Positions 12,780 to 27,354 of a stretch of 64,000 nt of DNA are shown here, in pieces (position 1 is the stretch's first letter; every line of letters begins with the position of its first letter). The position numbers and the translations under genes are program-made. The notes under the pieces were generated by a model that searched no databases, was not told the DNA's origin, and worked only from the letters and a program-made list of their open reading frames with translations. The stretch comes from Octopus sinensis (lineage: Eukaryota), in contig NC_043003.1 in assembly GCF_006345805.1 (NCBI RefSeq), positions 44,640,001-44,704,000 of the forward strand, written 5' to 3'.

Positions 12780-12944
12780 ATATATTACAAAGACTTATAA
12801 GATGCCATTCCGATCAACAGTGAGTAAGGCCACAAATTATAGCAAACAACCATTTATGTCATGAAAATTACCAATGTGGAATTTTATTACTATCGACACT
12901 AAGATATGTCATTCTGGTAGTTGACAGCAACCACCATTCAGATA
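12158..12944 (+). repeat. 161-bp direct duplication (12158-12318 and 12784-12944); second copy embedded in (TA)n
   Basis: The two copies look identical by eye; copy 2 has (TA)n on both sides. Confidence 0.9.
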
Positions 12945-12953
12945 TATATATAT

Positions 12954-13036
<83 letters not shown>

Positions 13037-16000
13037 TCATATATATATATATACATATATACATATGTATACATGTATGAATATGTGTGGCTGCTTCTGT
13101 TTGTGTATGCAAGTATCTGTGCATGGATTCGTGCTCAATAAAATTTTTTTACTCAAACAGTAACCTTTGTTTACTATAAATCTTCATTTCATTCCGGGAA
13201 GAGCATTCTCCAATCTGGCTGTATATCTATTCCTTATATGAATATTGATTTCTGAGGAAAGCTGATTATCAATCTGACTCCCTTTCTAATCATTATATGG
13301 GAGCAATTTCTTCGCTGGTTTCTCAGCTACTGATAAGTTTGCAACTCCAAAATATATCCCACATTAAATTTCGATACAACCAAGCAAGGAAGTGAAATAT
13401 CTGCTCGAGTGCAATGTCATATCAGAGAATGTGTTATATATCCTCTGTATGAAATGTAAAATATTAAGAATAGGCAAATATATATTTAGCTCTTGAAAAG
13501 AAATTTAAAACCATTTTTAACCTATTGTGTTTTTTCTTTTAACTACTTTGGCAGGAATGCATATTATTCATATTACATATGGATACATTCAATCCAGTTG
13601 TTCATCTTGTACTGAAGGCGATTTGTTTATTATTATATTTACTTTTCGGTTATGGAATGTATTAACTATATCGGGATGTTATCTCATTATTCAGAGGGTG
13701 CGGAATAAATGCCAAGAATATGTCATTCTGATTGCGTTGTATATAAGACTTCCACAAAACGTTAGTCCTGATATAACAAAAAGTGCGATAGACGTGATTC
13801 TCATTGTTCAGGGAAACATTCGCAAACATATTATCATTTTTAAAGTTCGTGTCAAGTATCTTTATATCTGTCACCACATTCTACCAGATTGTGCAATAAT
13901 TTTCATTACAGGCTTCAGTATATTATGCTTTCCACTGTTGTTATTCTTGTGATATCTGCCATATCTCGTGTGGAAATATGTAAAATTGTTTTTGTGGCAC
14001 GTCTGAGAGTAATACATAAATCACACAACTCAGATAATCACACCTACATCTTTACGATAATCACATTTAAAACTTGGACCAGATATATATGATGTTGCCG
14101 ACTTTTGATTCACTGTCCTTTATTATTCTCTTGTTAAATTATCATACATATGTGAAGGGCATGAATTACCTTTCATTCTGTTTAATTCATGAGTATATTT
14201 AAAGCCGAAGCGTTATGTTGCCTCTCGTAAAATTTTAGACAGAAGATTTATTTTTGCGAATAAAATGTATTACAACTCTAGAACTGTTATTTGATTTCTA
14301 CGGGTTTCCTTTGTTGTCAACACTTACGTAATCAAACAATTTGAATTATATTGCGATCCTTGTTTGGATTACTAAGGTCTTTTTTTTTTCTCACCAGATT
14401 AGGCGCCAGTCACCAGTTACGAAAGGAAAACAGCTTTTCTGATAAAATTGCTTTATCTGCTAGTCTGACATAAACTTGATGATGGGTTAGAAATTCATGA
14501 CGATGAAATTTATTGCTGTTACTCCAAGCAGTCTGCCATTTAATTTTCCCATTCCATGTGTAATAGTTCATGTCGTAATAGCACATAAATTTTATGGATG
14601 TTCAGTAATTCATAATCACTCTTCACACCATTCTTTCGTCTTTACTACACAAATAAACGAACATTGTAACAAATGACGGATAAAATTATTAGTGTATTTT
14701 TAAATTTCATTTATTATGACTGGCTTCAAAACATCGATTTAAACTTAGATCAAACCTGGTTTCTGAAACAATATATCTTGATTCAATATATTTTTAATTA
14801 TAGAATGTGAAATTTATTGCATTTTCTTCAAAGTAAATTTATAAATTTACATATATACAGGGAGAGAGAGAGAGAGAGGAGAGAGAGAGAAAGAGAGAGA
14901 GAGAGATCCAGGATCGATACGTCATACTTAATTTTGGTTTAATAATAAAACACAATATCATCCCATCTTATATCCCGTTTATATGCTATGCACTGGCAAA
15001 ACACCAGAATTAATATATGTATGGGGATATCAAAAAATGAATGACTGGGCGATAACAAGAAATAATTATACGTATAATATGACACCTATTGAGCAAGAAA
15101 TGTTAATAGAGGTCGTAACTAATTTGTTACGACCTCTGTGAAACTACAAATTCACGGAACTGTGTATTCGGATTCACTAACACACCTTTTTGATTCTGTA
15201 TCTTCTTCGTTATATCCTTCCTACAATATTCATGCACTTCGATCTGGAACTCGTAAGAGGTTATTTCTTGCATCTCAGCAATAGAAACATTTCCATCAAC
15301 CCAATTAGAATTCAGAGCAATTTATTGAATAATCTTCCTCTTTCGCCTTAAACAACAAATTCTAACAAAATGTAACGCATGCATTCATGGAATATTTGAT
15401 TGCACGTTTCCTGCATTATTTTTTCATTGATGAAATACTTAGTAATAAAATTTATTTCGCGTTATAAAGTACATTTATTTGCGAATATAATATCTATGTT
15501 CACTACAAACATAACGGTGGGGTAGTCCACTGTAAAATATCTTATATGCAGTATTTGATAAATGCAGTATTGGTTTCTTCAATTATTGAATCTGCGTAGC
15601 ATACAGGATATAAATGAAGGATTAACATCAAAGTTTGTAAGATTATTAACAATTAATTTGCAATTGATTGTATCAAATGCATTTGAGAAATCCATTAGAA
15701 TTGCATAACCTAAGTTAACAGTTTCATGACACGTTTCCATAGAGTGTTAATTAATTTAACTAGTTAATGACGAACCGAATTTCCCTTTCTATTTACACAT
15801 TGGCTTAAGTCAATTTCATTCGGTTGTGATTGCAGAGAAAATGATGTGATCAGCCACTTTGATGAATGGACATGTTATCTAATTTAAATCGAGTTATTAG
15901 TTTTAAGAATGAAAAGAAACTTTGCAACCTTCCATTAGCAGAAGAAGAACGCTATTCCCAGAGATGGATTTAATTTATTAGTTGTAAGAAACTGTCGGTA

Positions 16001-16850
16001 ACCAAGCAAACTATATAAATAGTTGCGGAAGATCTATTTACCAAATATACCATTTTTGTCCTGGTGTTATACTAATAGACTAGAAAAGCTCCAAAAATCC
16101 TGAACGAACTCGGTGTCATTTAGCTTCATGAAAAAGTGTCATTAATTATGAAAAACGTTTTCCCATGCTGGCTTAAACTGTTAATTACGCTCTCTCGAAA
16201 CACACACCATAACGTCTCAAATAAGGGCACGGCACCCGGGACCTGAAGAGCAATATACTCCGTAAACAAGGTTTCTTCACGGCTGGAATCCTAGCGTCCT
16301 GATAATGTGTGACTATATGTGATCGTTAGATTAAGCAGCAAACTGTACGGCAACATAGAAGCCGACATTATTAATTCTTGATGAGATCGGAATAAGATAA
16401 CTAACTGATGATGGACCTGTATCTGGAAGGATATTCTATCATATAGCGTCTAGCTTTTACATGAAATATCATATTTTGTTTATACTAAACGTAATGAATA
16501 TACGTCAAGGAGAAATTTTGTGTATAAGAGACTATTTTGTGATATATCTTTGATTTTCATATTTGCAGAAGGTGACAATTATCCAAATATTACAGAACCA
16601 CTTGCATCTGAGAAATTATTTAAGAGAACTTATTTCCTTGCTTCACCTTAGATAAAAATAATACAAGAGGACTCATATGACTTACAGAGATAATGAAACA
16701 TATTGATAGAAGAAAGTAACTATTTCATGATAATCTTGTGACTCTTTAAATATATCTGCTATTCTACTGCGGGCTACGTAATGGATATAGATATATTTAT
16801 GTATATATATATATGCATTCAAAGTTTAATAATAGTAATCTTAAAGGTGG

Positions 16851-16923
<73 letters not shown>

Positions 16924-18491
16924 CCACTTTTAAGATTACTATTATTAAACTTTGAATGCAGTAATGTTTTTATTGGATTTACACTGTAATTATGAAAAAG
17001 AGAAACCACATGAGATAAGCAGTGAGGTAATTTTCCTTTCATGGTAAAATGATACGTATGCTCAAAATTATATATCATTCGTACTTTATAAGGATTTATT
17101 TTAAGTAATATATAGACTAGGGCCAAAATGTAAACTACCGTGTAACTTATCAAGTTTACATGTCAGCTTATGAGGATATTTGATATAATTTCTATATCTC
17201 ACCAATATCAAGGGCGTTATTATAAACAAGTTATTATACAGGAATATATATAATCAATGATGTGCAAGAATATGAAAAATATAGACAAGAAATGAATACT
17301 TTTAATCATAAGAAGAACTAAGAACATTTTTCCTTCATATACAGATGTATTTCAACCCCACGGAAACGTCTAGAAGTTCACTGACATTTCTCAGTTAAAA
17401 GTTTCAGTGCTATACGTCATGATACTTCAGATGAATCCTTACAGTAGAACAACTAAACGAAGGAGTAGTTAGAAATTAAGAAATATATAAACGTGATTCC
17501 CCGTGTGGCTTATCCATCGTATGGTGGATAACTTTGGAAGTATACTTTTGACATAATTATTATTTCACTTTTATTAATTTCTTTGTTAGGAAACAAAGTG
17601 CTGAAATGAGTTAAAATTTCTCAAAGCAAAATATTTATCACCCTGAAATAAACTTAAATAGAACTAATTGTCTCATATGCATGTCTTTCCTCATGTATAT
17701 TGTGTCATTTACTTCCTCTCTTCATGCGTTCTCTCTTTCTGACTATGCGTGAGTGGGAATTGGTACGTCAAATATCATTAAAAGAGTCCAATAGTACCTG
17801 CGCAGCAGTTGATAAATAGATCTAATGGATTTATCCATTAGTTTCGGCTTTTAGGCCAACGGTAACTAGTCCCTCAGTGACTAGTGTTAGGACATCGAAT
17901 TCTGAGTATTCACCAGTAATCGTAATTAATTAGGTCATTCGACCATTCATTTGGTCGGCTCTGAGTATTTTGGATTATTTTTATTTGATATAAGCTGCAT
18001 CGGCCAAACATCTGATTTATAGAGACATCCAAATTTACGTCGCTATAGAAAAGGTGATGTACATAGTATTTTCAGATGAAATGTTCTTACATTCCCCACA
18101 CACCTAAGAGAAATAAAATAAATGCATATACATATATTGATATATTCATACACTAGCAAACACAGATCTGCGTATAAAAAATGCGTGGGGCTTGCAGTCC
18201 TATAAAATATGTGGGTGCAAGGTAATACGTATCTTCTACGTTGTGTCTGTATAATATGAAATTGATACGGGCGTAAAAAATGTAAAACTTAATGTCAAGA
18301 AAATTCTGAAAAGATGTGTGTAGGTTTAATGACATCACATAGCTCGACGGTAGACTGGCTAGCGCCGGTTTCATTAAGGTTTTGATGACACTACAAACAG
18401 TCCCTTGTTCCTAGTGATTTGGGTTACGATGTTTTGAAGCATTTGTGCGTAGTGACGTACTATACATAAACACATATTACACGCACACACT

Positions 18492-18529
<38 letters not shown>

Positions 18530-18759
18530 CATAAATATACTTGTAATAAGACACCACATGTGTATACACGAGTGTCTGTATTCGAGTATGCACGCGTATA
18601 TGCGTATTCGAATATCCCTTTTCACATGAGATATTAAGATTGAAAGTGTTGATATATAATCGTATTAACATATGCACCCCCAGACAAAAGAAAGGATGCA
18701 GCGATCAGCATCCCAGGTACACACGCAGAGATATACTTCTGTTTGGTAGGGTATCTATG

Positions 18760-18828
<69 letters not shown>

Positions 18829-18845
18829 CCCCCTATCTCTCTCTA

Positions 18846-18919
<74 letters not shown>

Positions 18920-18978
18920 TATCTATCTATATTCGTGTGAATGTATGTGTGTATCTGTGCATGTGTTTATGTGTGTGC

Positions 18979-19018
<40 letters not shown>

Positions 19019-19479
19019 TACGAACACTATATATGGAGGCCCCGTAATTGAAATTGCAATTAAAAACACTTAATGTTTAGAAAATTAACGATATTTTGGT
19101 TTTTAAATAATTTACGTTTCTATGGATTCTAGTTTCTTCTGTGCTTCATTGTTTATGCATTGACTTAGAAGTCAAATCGAAATAGCTTCCCAATCGCTAC
19201 GATGTTACATATGTTTGTGATCGATATTCTGGTATAAGATTCAATATGGTAATATGTATAAATATATATGCGTGTGTGTGTATGTGTGTGCATGTGTTTA
19301 TATATATGCATGTGTATATGAATATACATATACATATATATATGTGTATCTATATGTATATGTATACACACACACACACACATACATATATATATATATG
19401 TATATATATAAACATATACATGCTTACATATATATATGTGTCTGTGTGTGTAGTGGTGTGTAGTAGTAGTAGTAGTGGT

Positions 19480-19508
19480 AGTAGTAGCAGCAGCAGCAGC
19501 ACTAGTAA

Positions 19509-19575
<67 letters not shown>
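19480..19575. repeat. (AGT)n microsatellite
   Basis: Direct reading; explains the poly-T/poly-S ORFs at 19165-19653. Confidence 0.95.
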
Positions 19576-19576
<1 letters not shown>

Positions 19577-19808
19577 ATGTGTGCGTGTGTATATTTAGGA
19601 AGTATCACCAGTTGATAGAGATTTATTATTTCCATATAATGATTATCACATGATTAAAGCCATTTCGTTATCTCCTCATTCTTATAATTCTAACTTCACA
19701 AATCCATACACGCATTGAAACTCAAAGCGAGTACGTGGTAGTATGTAAAACAATCGTATGTTACATAAACATATATAATACAGAAGATGTACTTCAAAGC
19801 TAATATAT

Positions 19809-20022
19809 TTCTTCTTTATTGCCCACAGGGAGCTAAACATAGAGGGAACAAACAAGGATAGACTAAGGGATTAAGTCGATTATATCGACCACAGTGCGTA
19901 ACTGGTACTAATTTAATCGACCCCTAAAGGATGAAAGGCAACGTCGACCCCGGCGGAATTTGAACTCAGAACGCTAAGCATTTCGCCCGGCGTGCAAACG
20001 ATTCTGCCAGCTCACCGCCTTG
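19809..20022 (-). mobile_element. tRNA-derived SINE family B with Tx1-like tail
   Basis: Minus strand: GGCGGTGAGCTGGCAGAATCG...GAGTTCAAATTCCGCC (B-box)...GGGTCGATTAAATTAGTACCAGTTACGCAC...CCTTGTTTGTTCCCTCTATGTTTAGCTCCCTGTGGGCAATAAAGAA. Confidence 0.85.
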
Positions 20023-21326
20023 GGGAACATATTTTATGTATTTAGGATTCAAACATGATTTTCCAACAGCGAATATGTTGTGGCTGCGTTAAGGAGTGAT
20101 ATTTACGAATGCAAGACTATTACCTTTTGAAATATGCCTGTTACACGTTGAAATCCGTAGAATAAGCCATTCGCTGCCTTTTGACATTACGAAAATATCT
20201 CGATATCGACAAATGTCTCCGCTGTAGATTATTTGTCTGCAGCCTGATATTTTTTTCATGGTAAAAGAGTGAAGGTCTTCCTTCCGAGTTCGAACTTGTC
20301 TGAAACATATTTGAACTGGTAATAAGCTTGCAGAATATATTTTCACTTTTTTAATTTTATCTAGTTTCAGCTCAAGAGCAGTGGCCATGCTGGGGTACCG
20401 CTATTCATGTTGTGTACGAAAAATGTATCCATACGTCCGGTGCAACTTTATTTACCGAAACAATATAATTTAATGTTACTGATATGCTACTGTTATCTAA
20501 TAATAGACCTATTATGTGAACCGCTGTTTCCATGAATACTAATGTACGCAGATATACTTAAATATAACCCTGCATACATACACATATACACAAGGCACCC
20601 ATAGACTCACACACTCACTCACAGGTGCATATTCATAGACATACGGCTGTACTTACGAAACGTGCTACATTCTCTGGTGTTATTCTAAAACTATACTAGT
20701 TGAAAACAACAAATCTCCAGTTCACAAGTAGCACTTTGCACAATATGATTCTACCTTTGCTATAATGGCGTTTACTACTTGGAGAATTCAATTCAGGCAC
20801 TCTCAGTTCTTCAACGTCTTAAATACGAACTTTTCTTCACATTGCAAACCAACCATTGCGCCCAAACCCTCCGGCCTGAAATAACCTATTTCTTTATTCA
20901 TACTGAAGTAGTACGTCGCCTCTTGCGTATATCATCACGGTTCGGTCATTTTAAATAAATGAGTTACAAAGTCACAGAAGCGATAAGCATTTCAGATAAT
21001 TCCCCATCCTTCCTACTTCATGTTTGAGTGAAAAATAAAACAAGAATATATCTATATAGATGTATTGTAAAATATGCTCGATGCTCGATGGTAAGATCTC
21101 ATATTAAACAGAACATATTGACTTTAATGCTAAACGACAATATAATTTATGGTAATTTTCAAACACTGCATTGCATTTTTGTATATGGTGGTGGTGCTGA
21201 TGGTGGTTTAAACATATCTTCCATCGGTTTTAGTTTAGGAGTTACTTCAAAGGTCGTAATACTATCTATTACGTGGATAATTCATTTACGAATCTCCGCC
21301 ATCCTGTATCTATCTATCTATCTATA

Positions 21327-21381
<55 letters not shown>

Positions 21382-21563
21382 ATATATATATCTATCCATC
21401 TATCTCTCTCTCTCTCTATCTCTCTCTCTATATATATATCTATCTATATATATACATATATAAATGTGTGTGTGTTTGCTTGTGTGCGTATACAAATATG
21501 TATACATACATACATATATATACACAACGACCACATACACATACGTATACATATGTACATTAA

Positions 21564-21601
<38 letters not shown>

Positions 21602-21645
21602 TACGTAGATACATACATACATACATGCATACATACATGCATGCA

Positions 21646-21679
<34 letters not shown>

Positions 21680-21693
21680 CATACATACATACA

Positions 21694-21724
<31 letters not shown>

Positions 21725-23887
21725 TACTCACAGGTACATCTTTGCATTGGAATATTTACACTGAATAATGTATTTCATGCCTAGGCATTTACTTTTATAA
21801 TCGGAACCTATCCCACCACCCCTTTTACAATATGCAACATCTATATTGTGCATTGCCCTATACTTTCAATTTATGCCATGATAGATGAACATATGTATAA
21901 ACAAATAATCATTCCCAAAGAGTCATACTACATACGATGTCACGTTGCCCAAATCTTATTCTCACACATAAATGCCACCAAACATATATGTATACACACA
22001 TAGATACGTAACAATTTTAGCTCAATATAGCAAACAAATCATATGATGTGGCTTGATGTGAATCTCATATAGCTGATAGTTACTAGAAATATTTTCTAAT
22101 CTTTCTTTGTTATTTTGTTTTATATTACACATTTCAAACAATTGCAATCATTAACATTTCTTTCCTGTGCACAACTCAAGGCATCTATTTAGTTCACTCC
22201 GTATAGACTTTCAAAAACTTCTTAACGTTATTAATAGCTGGCTTTGTTCAGGCATCTTTAATTCCTGTTGGTTTCATCAAAATGTATCGAGGTACGAGTG
22301 CACATGTAGGTATCTTTGTATGCGTACAAATAAATGCGCGCATGTATATGTGCTTGTGCGTGTGTGAGTGTGTACAAACGCATGCATATATGAAAAAATA
22401 TGTGTATGTATAAGCATGTATGTATGTGTATATATGTCTGTACGCTTGTGAATTTGAGTGTGTACATATGTGCTCATATGTTTGTGCCTGTTTTATAAAT
22501 GTTTTGATGCTTGCATATACAAACCTGTGATTATGTGTGCATAAAACGTATGAGTGTTTTTGCACGTATATAAACGAGACTTCGTATCCATGTGTCTTCG
22601 AATAAGCGGATATTGATGAGAACTAAGTTGGGATTGTTAAGAAACAAAGATTATTTCCATATACAATGTTCTTTGTTTCGTAAGGGGAAGAAATAATATA
22701 CGTACAAATCACTAAGGTACTAATTTTCAATTTCTTGAACAAAATTTCGGATTTCTTTCGGAGACACTAACAATTCTGTTTCCGCGTTGCGTTTTTTAAA
22801 TGCGAAGGAAATTTTAATAAAGAGATATCATTTGTGTAAAGCATACACTACGTGATTCCCTAACTTGCTTTTTCATATTGAAAAATTTGGTCCATGTCTT
22901 TCATTTGAGTAATATTTAAACTTTAGCTATGCCAATTACCATAGATAAAAATTATTCGTGTCTTTATTTCTAACGGAAAACTTTTCCAATAACCAGCCAA
23001 GTAGACTTCAGTAGTTTTATTTCTAATCATGGGTCATATTAGAAATGTCTGTATGAAAATGATGATGAAATTATCTTGTTGAATAAAGCAAATTTTAAAG
23101 ATAAATTATTAGTTTTTGTAAGAATTTTAAAATTCTTTACACATCTAAGTGAGAATTATCATTTTAAAGTTGAATTAGTTTCTTTACAGGCAATTGTACT
23201 ACAAAGGGTTGATACCAAGGAATCGGCATATCCTAGGAAGAATACATTGCGGTGTATAGAACTTCACATAACTTCCAGGTTTCCTCACCATCACATTTCG
23301 TTTTCTCCACCCCGTCTCAAATACACACACACACACACACATACATACACACGCACACACACACACATACACCCCCCCACACCCACACACACATATACAT
23401 ATATATATATACACGAACTTATGCACTTATCACTCAGTCTGTCTGTAATATATATATATATATATATATAGATATATATATATATAATATATATATATAT
23501 ATATTATATAGGGGACATTATTACACATAAATGCCTCACACTAAGAGGGACATAAGTCATTACTACCCAAAATTTCACTAATCATACCCAATGCAGTTTT
23601 TCAAAGCAAGACATTTAAAAAAAAATGAATTTAGTCCTATATTACCTGTGATCTCGCACTCACCGCATAAAAAATGCGTCTATGCTCATCGGTAGAACTG
23701 ATTCTGAACACATCATAAATAAACGACCAACACCGTCGAAGCCGAACAGACAACTGCTCTCTCCAACGAAGCACATGGAAATGTTTATAAATCATATATT
23801 ATTTTCGAATTTTTCTCTTATGAGGTTTTATCACGCTAACTACCTGATAATTTCTTGTTAAGATTCCTTATTAAGAAGTTATCCTTA

Positions 23888-23926
<39 letters not shown>

Positions 23927-23934
23927 TATATATA

Positions 23935-24099
23935 TAATTTAAAAATCAAAACACATTGTCTGTTTCGGCTATTCTCCTTACGCTAGCCTCTGATTTTTGA
24001 AATTATATATATATATATATTATATATATATATATATATATAATTTAAAAATCAAAACACATTGTCTTGTTTCGGCTATTCTCCTTACGCTAGCCTCTG
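23935..24099. repeat. ~58-bp direct duplication with an intervening inverted stub and (TA)n
   Basis: 23935-23992 is repeated at 24041-24099. TGATTTTTGAAATTATATAT between them is the near reverse complement of the copy start ATATATAATTTAAAAATCA. Confidence 0.85.
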
Positions 24100-24352
24100 C
24101 TATATGAGCATCAATAATTTGATCTCTTAGAAACTTCGATAGATCTGTTATTTGAATGAATTTTAATTACAATTTTCTGGTTACGTCTGAAAGGAAACTG
24201 TTATTTTAGCAAAGCATATTAAGCAACACTAATAATACATCAAAAAACATAAAAAGTATACAAGCTTTTGACGGTTTTATAGATATTTCAAAATTATGAT
24301 GCAATGATGTTAGGTGTTTCCATTATTTTGTCAAACCCCTGGTTGTGTATGC

Positions 24353-24403
<51 letters not shown>

Positions 24404-24457
24404 GTGTGTGTGGTGTATGTGTGTGTGTATACATATATGTATATCATTTTCTGTGTT

Positions 24458-24488
<31 letters not shown>

Positions 24489-24802
24489 AATTATATATGT
24501 ATATTCTCTCTATCTTTGTGTCAGTCCGTGTTTCTCTCCCACCGACGGTGTGTTTATATCTCCGTAACATAGGTATTGGGCAAAAGAGTCTAGTACAATA
24601 ATTACAAGGTATAGAGAAAAAGGACATGCGTCAAGTCATTCGACTAAAATTCCTCACGATGGAGCCTCGCCGTGGGTGCCGTGTAACAGCTAAAAGAAGT
24701 GTAACAGCTAAAAGACATAAGGATAAATTATATTAATCCTACAAAATTTCTTTCTATCTCCGTTTCGCGTTATCTCTCCATTATTCCCGAGCGAACCGTA
24801 TG

Positions 24803-24853
<51 letters not shown>

Positions 24854-24895
24854 GTATATATATATGTTGTATGTATATATTATATATATATATAT

Positions 24896-24928
<33 letters not shown>

Positions 24929-24929
24929 A

Positions 24930-24962
<33 letters not shown>

Positions 24963-26001
24963 ATATATATATGTATGTATGTTTGTATGTATGTATGTAT
25001 GTATGTATGTATGTATGTATATATGGGTGGGTGTTTGAGAGAATGAAATTGTGTGTGCGTGTGTGTGTTGGTGTGTGACACTGTGGGAGCATGTGTGAAC
25101 ATCTGCACGTGTTTGTGCACGTGGGTCTATAGTATAATTGATTGAAATGTATTATTATTGTTGTTGTTGTTGTTGTTATTTTTCTCATTATTATTAATTT
25201 TTGGTGGTGGTGGAGGAAACTAGCACCGTAATCAAATAATCATGAAAAATCAAATAAGCTTGTTGATAGATAAAATTTCTTTGACATATATATATTTTGT
25301 AACCAATGATCTGTAGAAATTAGTTTGAGAGGAAATTATCTTTTAGAATCAGTAATTGAAACGTTGAGTATTATTTTCAAGTAATTATTTACAGCGGCGA
25401 CGAGGAGGCTCTATAATTAATAGAATAGGAAGCCGTTTAAATAGAGAGGAATTGAGAATATCAGCTGTATTGTTGACCTTATTTTAACATTTGTCGTGTA
25501 AAGCAACACGAATTGTAGAAAAAAAAACTGTCACAAACAAATCCTTTATTTACGTAATGTTTTCATTTTTAATATATAATTTAAATCTGAGACAATTTCA
25601 CGTTTTTTTGCCTGTTACTTTCCATGTGATTCAGAAATGTTTCTGCATTGGGAATATTTGTACTCATGTTGCTATTGTTCATCCAGATTTCGTGTAGTAC
25701 AGTGTAGATTAACTGTAGTTGTACAATAATGCATGATATTTCATATAAAGTTAATCACAACTCGTTGATTAGAATGTGAGATACGTTAAATCCTTAAAAA
25801 TATAATTATTTTCTGTGATGTTGATACTGCTTTTACATTAACACTGAAGTAATTGTACCAAGGTATAAACGTGGGCTCTAGGTATTATCCTTTTGAATTG
25901 CTCAGTTGATGGCATCATCCCTTGGGTTGGTAGATCAATTTACCATCTCTTAACCACATACTATGAAGTTCACAAATATCCCACATATAACACCTCCATT
26001 T

Positions 26002-26178
26002 GTAGGTGCAGGCTTGGTTGTGCAGTAAGAACCTTGCTTCCCAACCCCATGGTTCAGGGTTCAGTCCTACTGGGTGGCACATATTCGTAAATGTCTGCTA
26101 CTATAGCCCGAGTTGACCAAGGCCGTGTGAGTGGATTTGGTAGATGGAAACTGAAAGAAAACCGTTGTACATATATAT

Positions 26179-26232
<54 letters not shown>

Positions 26233-26405
26233 TTGACAGCTAATGTTGGTGAATTTACGTCTCCGTAAAATAGCGGTTCGCCAAAAGAGACGCATATAAT
26301 AATTACTAGGCTTACAAAGATTCCTGGGGTTGATGATTTGTTCGACTAAAGGCGCTCCAGCATGGCCGCAGTCAAATGACTGCAACAAGTAAAAGACTAA
26401 AAGAA
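26002..26405 (+). mobile_element. tRNA-derived SINE family C with internal (TA)n
   Basis: Head with GGGTTCAGTCC B-box, body CTACTATAGCC...GTGAGTGGATTTGGTAGATGGAAACTGAAAGAA, internal (TA)n, tail CAGCATGGCCGCAGTCAAATGACTGCAACAAGTAAAAGA. Confidence 0.8.
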
Positions 26406-27042
26406 TATGACAGAAACATAAAAAAATAGATCAACGGTTAAAGTAAGAAAAAAATTACGTATATATATATATATATATATATACGCTTTTGTTACATTTA
26501 TTCAGCAAATTCAAGAGTGAAATAGCTGCAAGTATAATCTACTGGAATTATTGCAAAATTAGTACGTAAAGTACCAAACCTTGCGTATGTTGTACAAAGG
26601 AAAACACGAAAGAGATTCTGTACATTCACAAGGATTGATAGCAAGAATGACAAAAAAAAAATTATTTAAAAGAATGCCTATCTCAATAAAAATACTATGG
26701 ATAATGCAATTTATGATATGCAATATCGACTATGTAAAATAATATGACATTGAGCTTTCATAAAGATAGTACAGAATCAGAAATAAGGTGTGACCACTCC
26801 ACATCATCGAACTACAATTGCAGAAGGAGCTCGAACGTCGTGGCGCGACCTGTAAATTTTAGAGGTCATATCTTTATAAACCGCATCACGTTGTCTACAA
26901 TACAGGAATAACATATTATATATCGTAATATTAGTTGTAACTAAAATACTGGGAAAGTCTCGAAAGTCGTTGCTCGTACAGATTTGTCAAATTCAGAGGG
27001 AGTTAACGAAAATATTTAGTTAAACATAACAGTGTGACTTTA

Positions 27043-27354
27043 GGAGGAACATGGCCTATTGGTTAGAGCAGCGGACTCGCGGTCGAGGGATCGCGGGATC
27101 GCGGGTTCGAATCTCAAAAGGGGCGATGTTTTTGTTTATAAGCGAAACACCTAAGCTCTACGCTGCGCCGGCAGAAGGTAGTGGCGAACTTCTGCTGACT
27201 CTTTCGCTAAATCTTTCCTTCACTCTTTCCTCTTGCAGCTCAACTGCCATAGATCGGAGTCCCGTCCAGATGGGGGAACCTATACGACAAGGAAACCGGG
27301 GAAACCATCCCTTATGAGCCAGGCGTGGCTCGAGAAGTAACAAACAACAACAAC
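27043..27354 (+). mobile_element. tRNA-derived SINE family D ending in (AAC)n
   Basis: A-box TGGCCTATTGG, B-box GGGTTCGAATC, GC-rich body, (AAC)n tail; 8-bp tandem duplication GGGATCGC in the head. Confidence 0.75.

Noticed and set aside
13527-13952. 141-aa hydrophobic ORF
   Set aside because: AT-rich composition bias explains it; no motif, and the opposite strand looks like decayed repeat.
16560-17930. Several AG-preceded short open frames (e.g. EGDNYPNITEPLASEKLF..., PTVTSPSVTSVR...)
   Set aside because: Short, no recognisable homology and no consistent exon chain; expected by chance.
24681-24715. Short tandem GTGTAACAGCTAAAAGA x2
   Set aside because: Ordinary slippage duplication in a degraded SINE tail.
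27043-27115. tRNA gene
   Set aside because: A and B boxes are present, but there is no proper acceptor stem and the sequence continues into a SINE body and tail.
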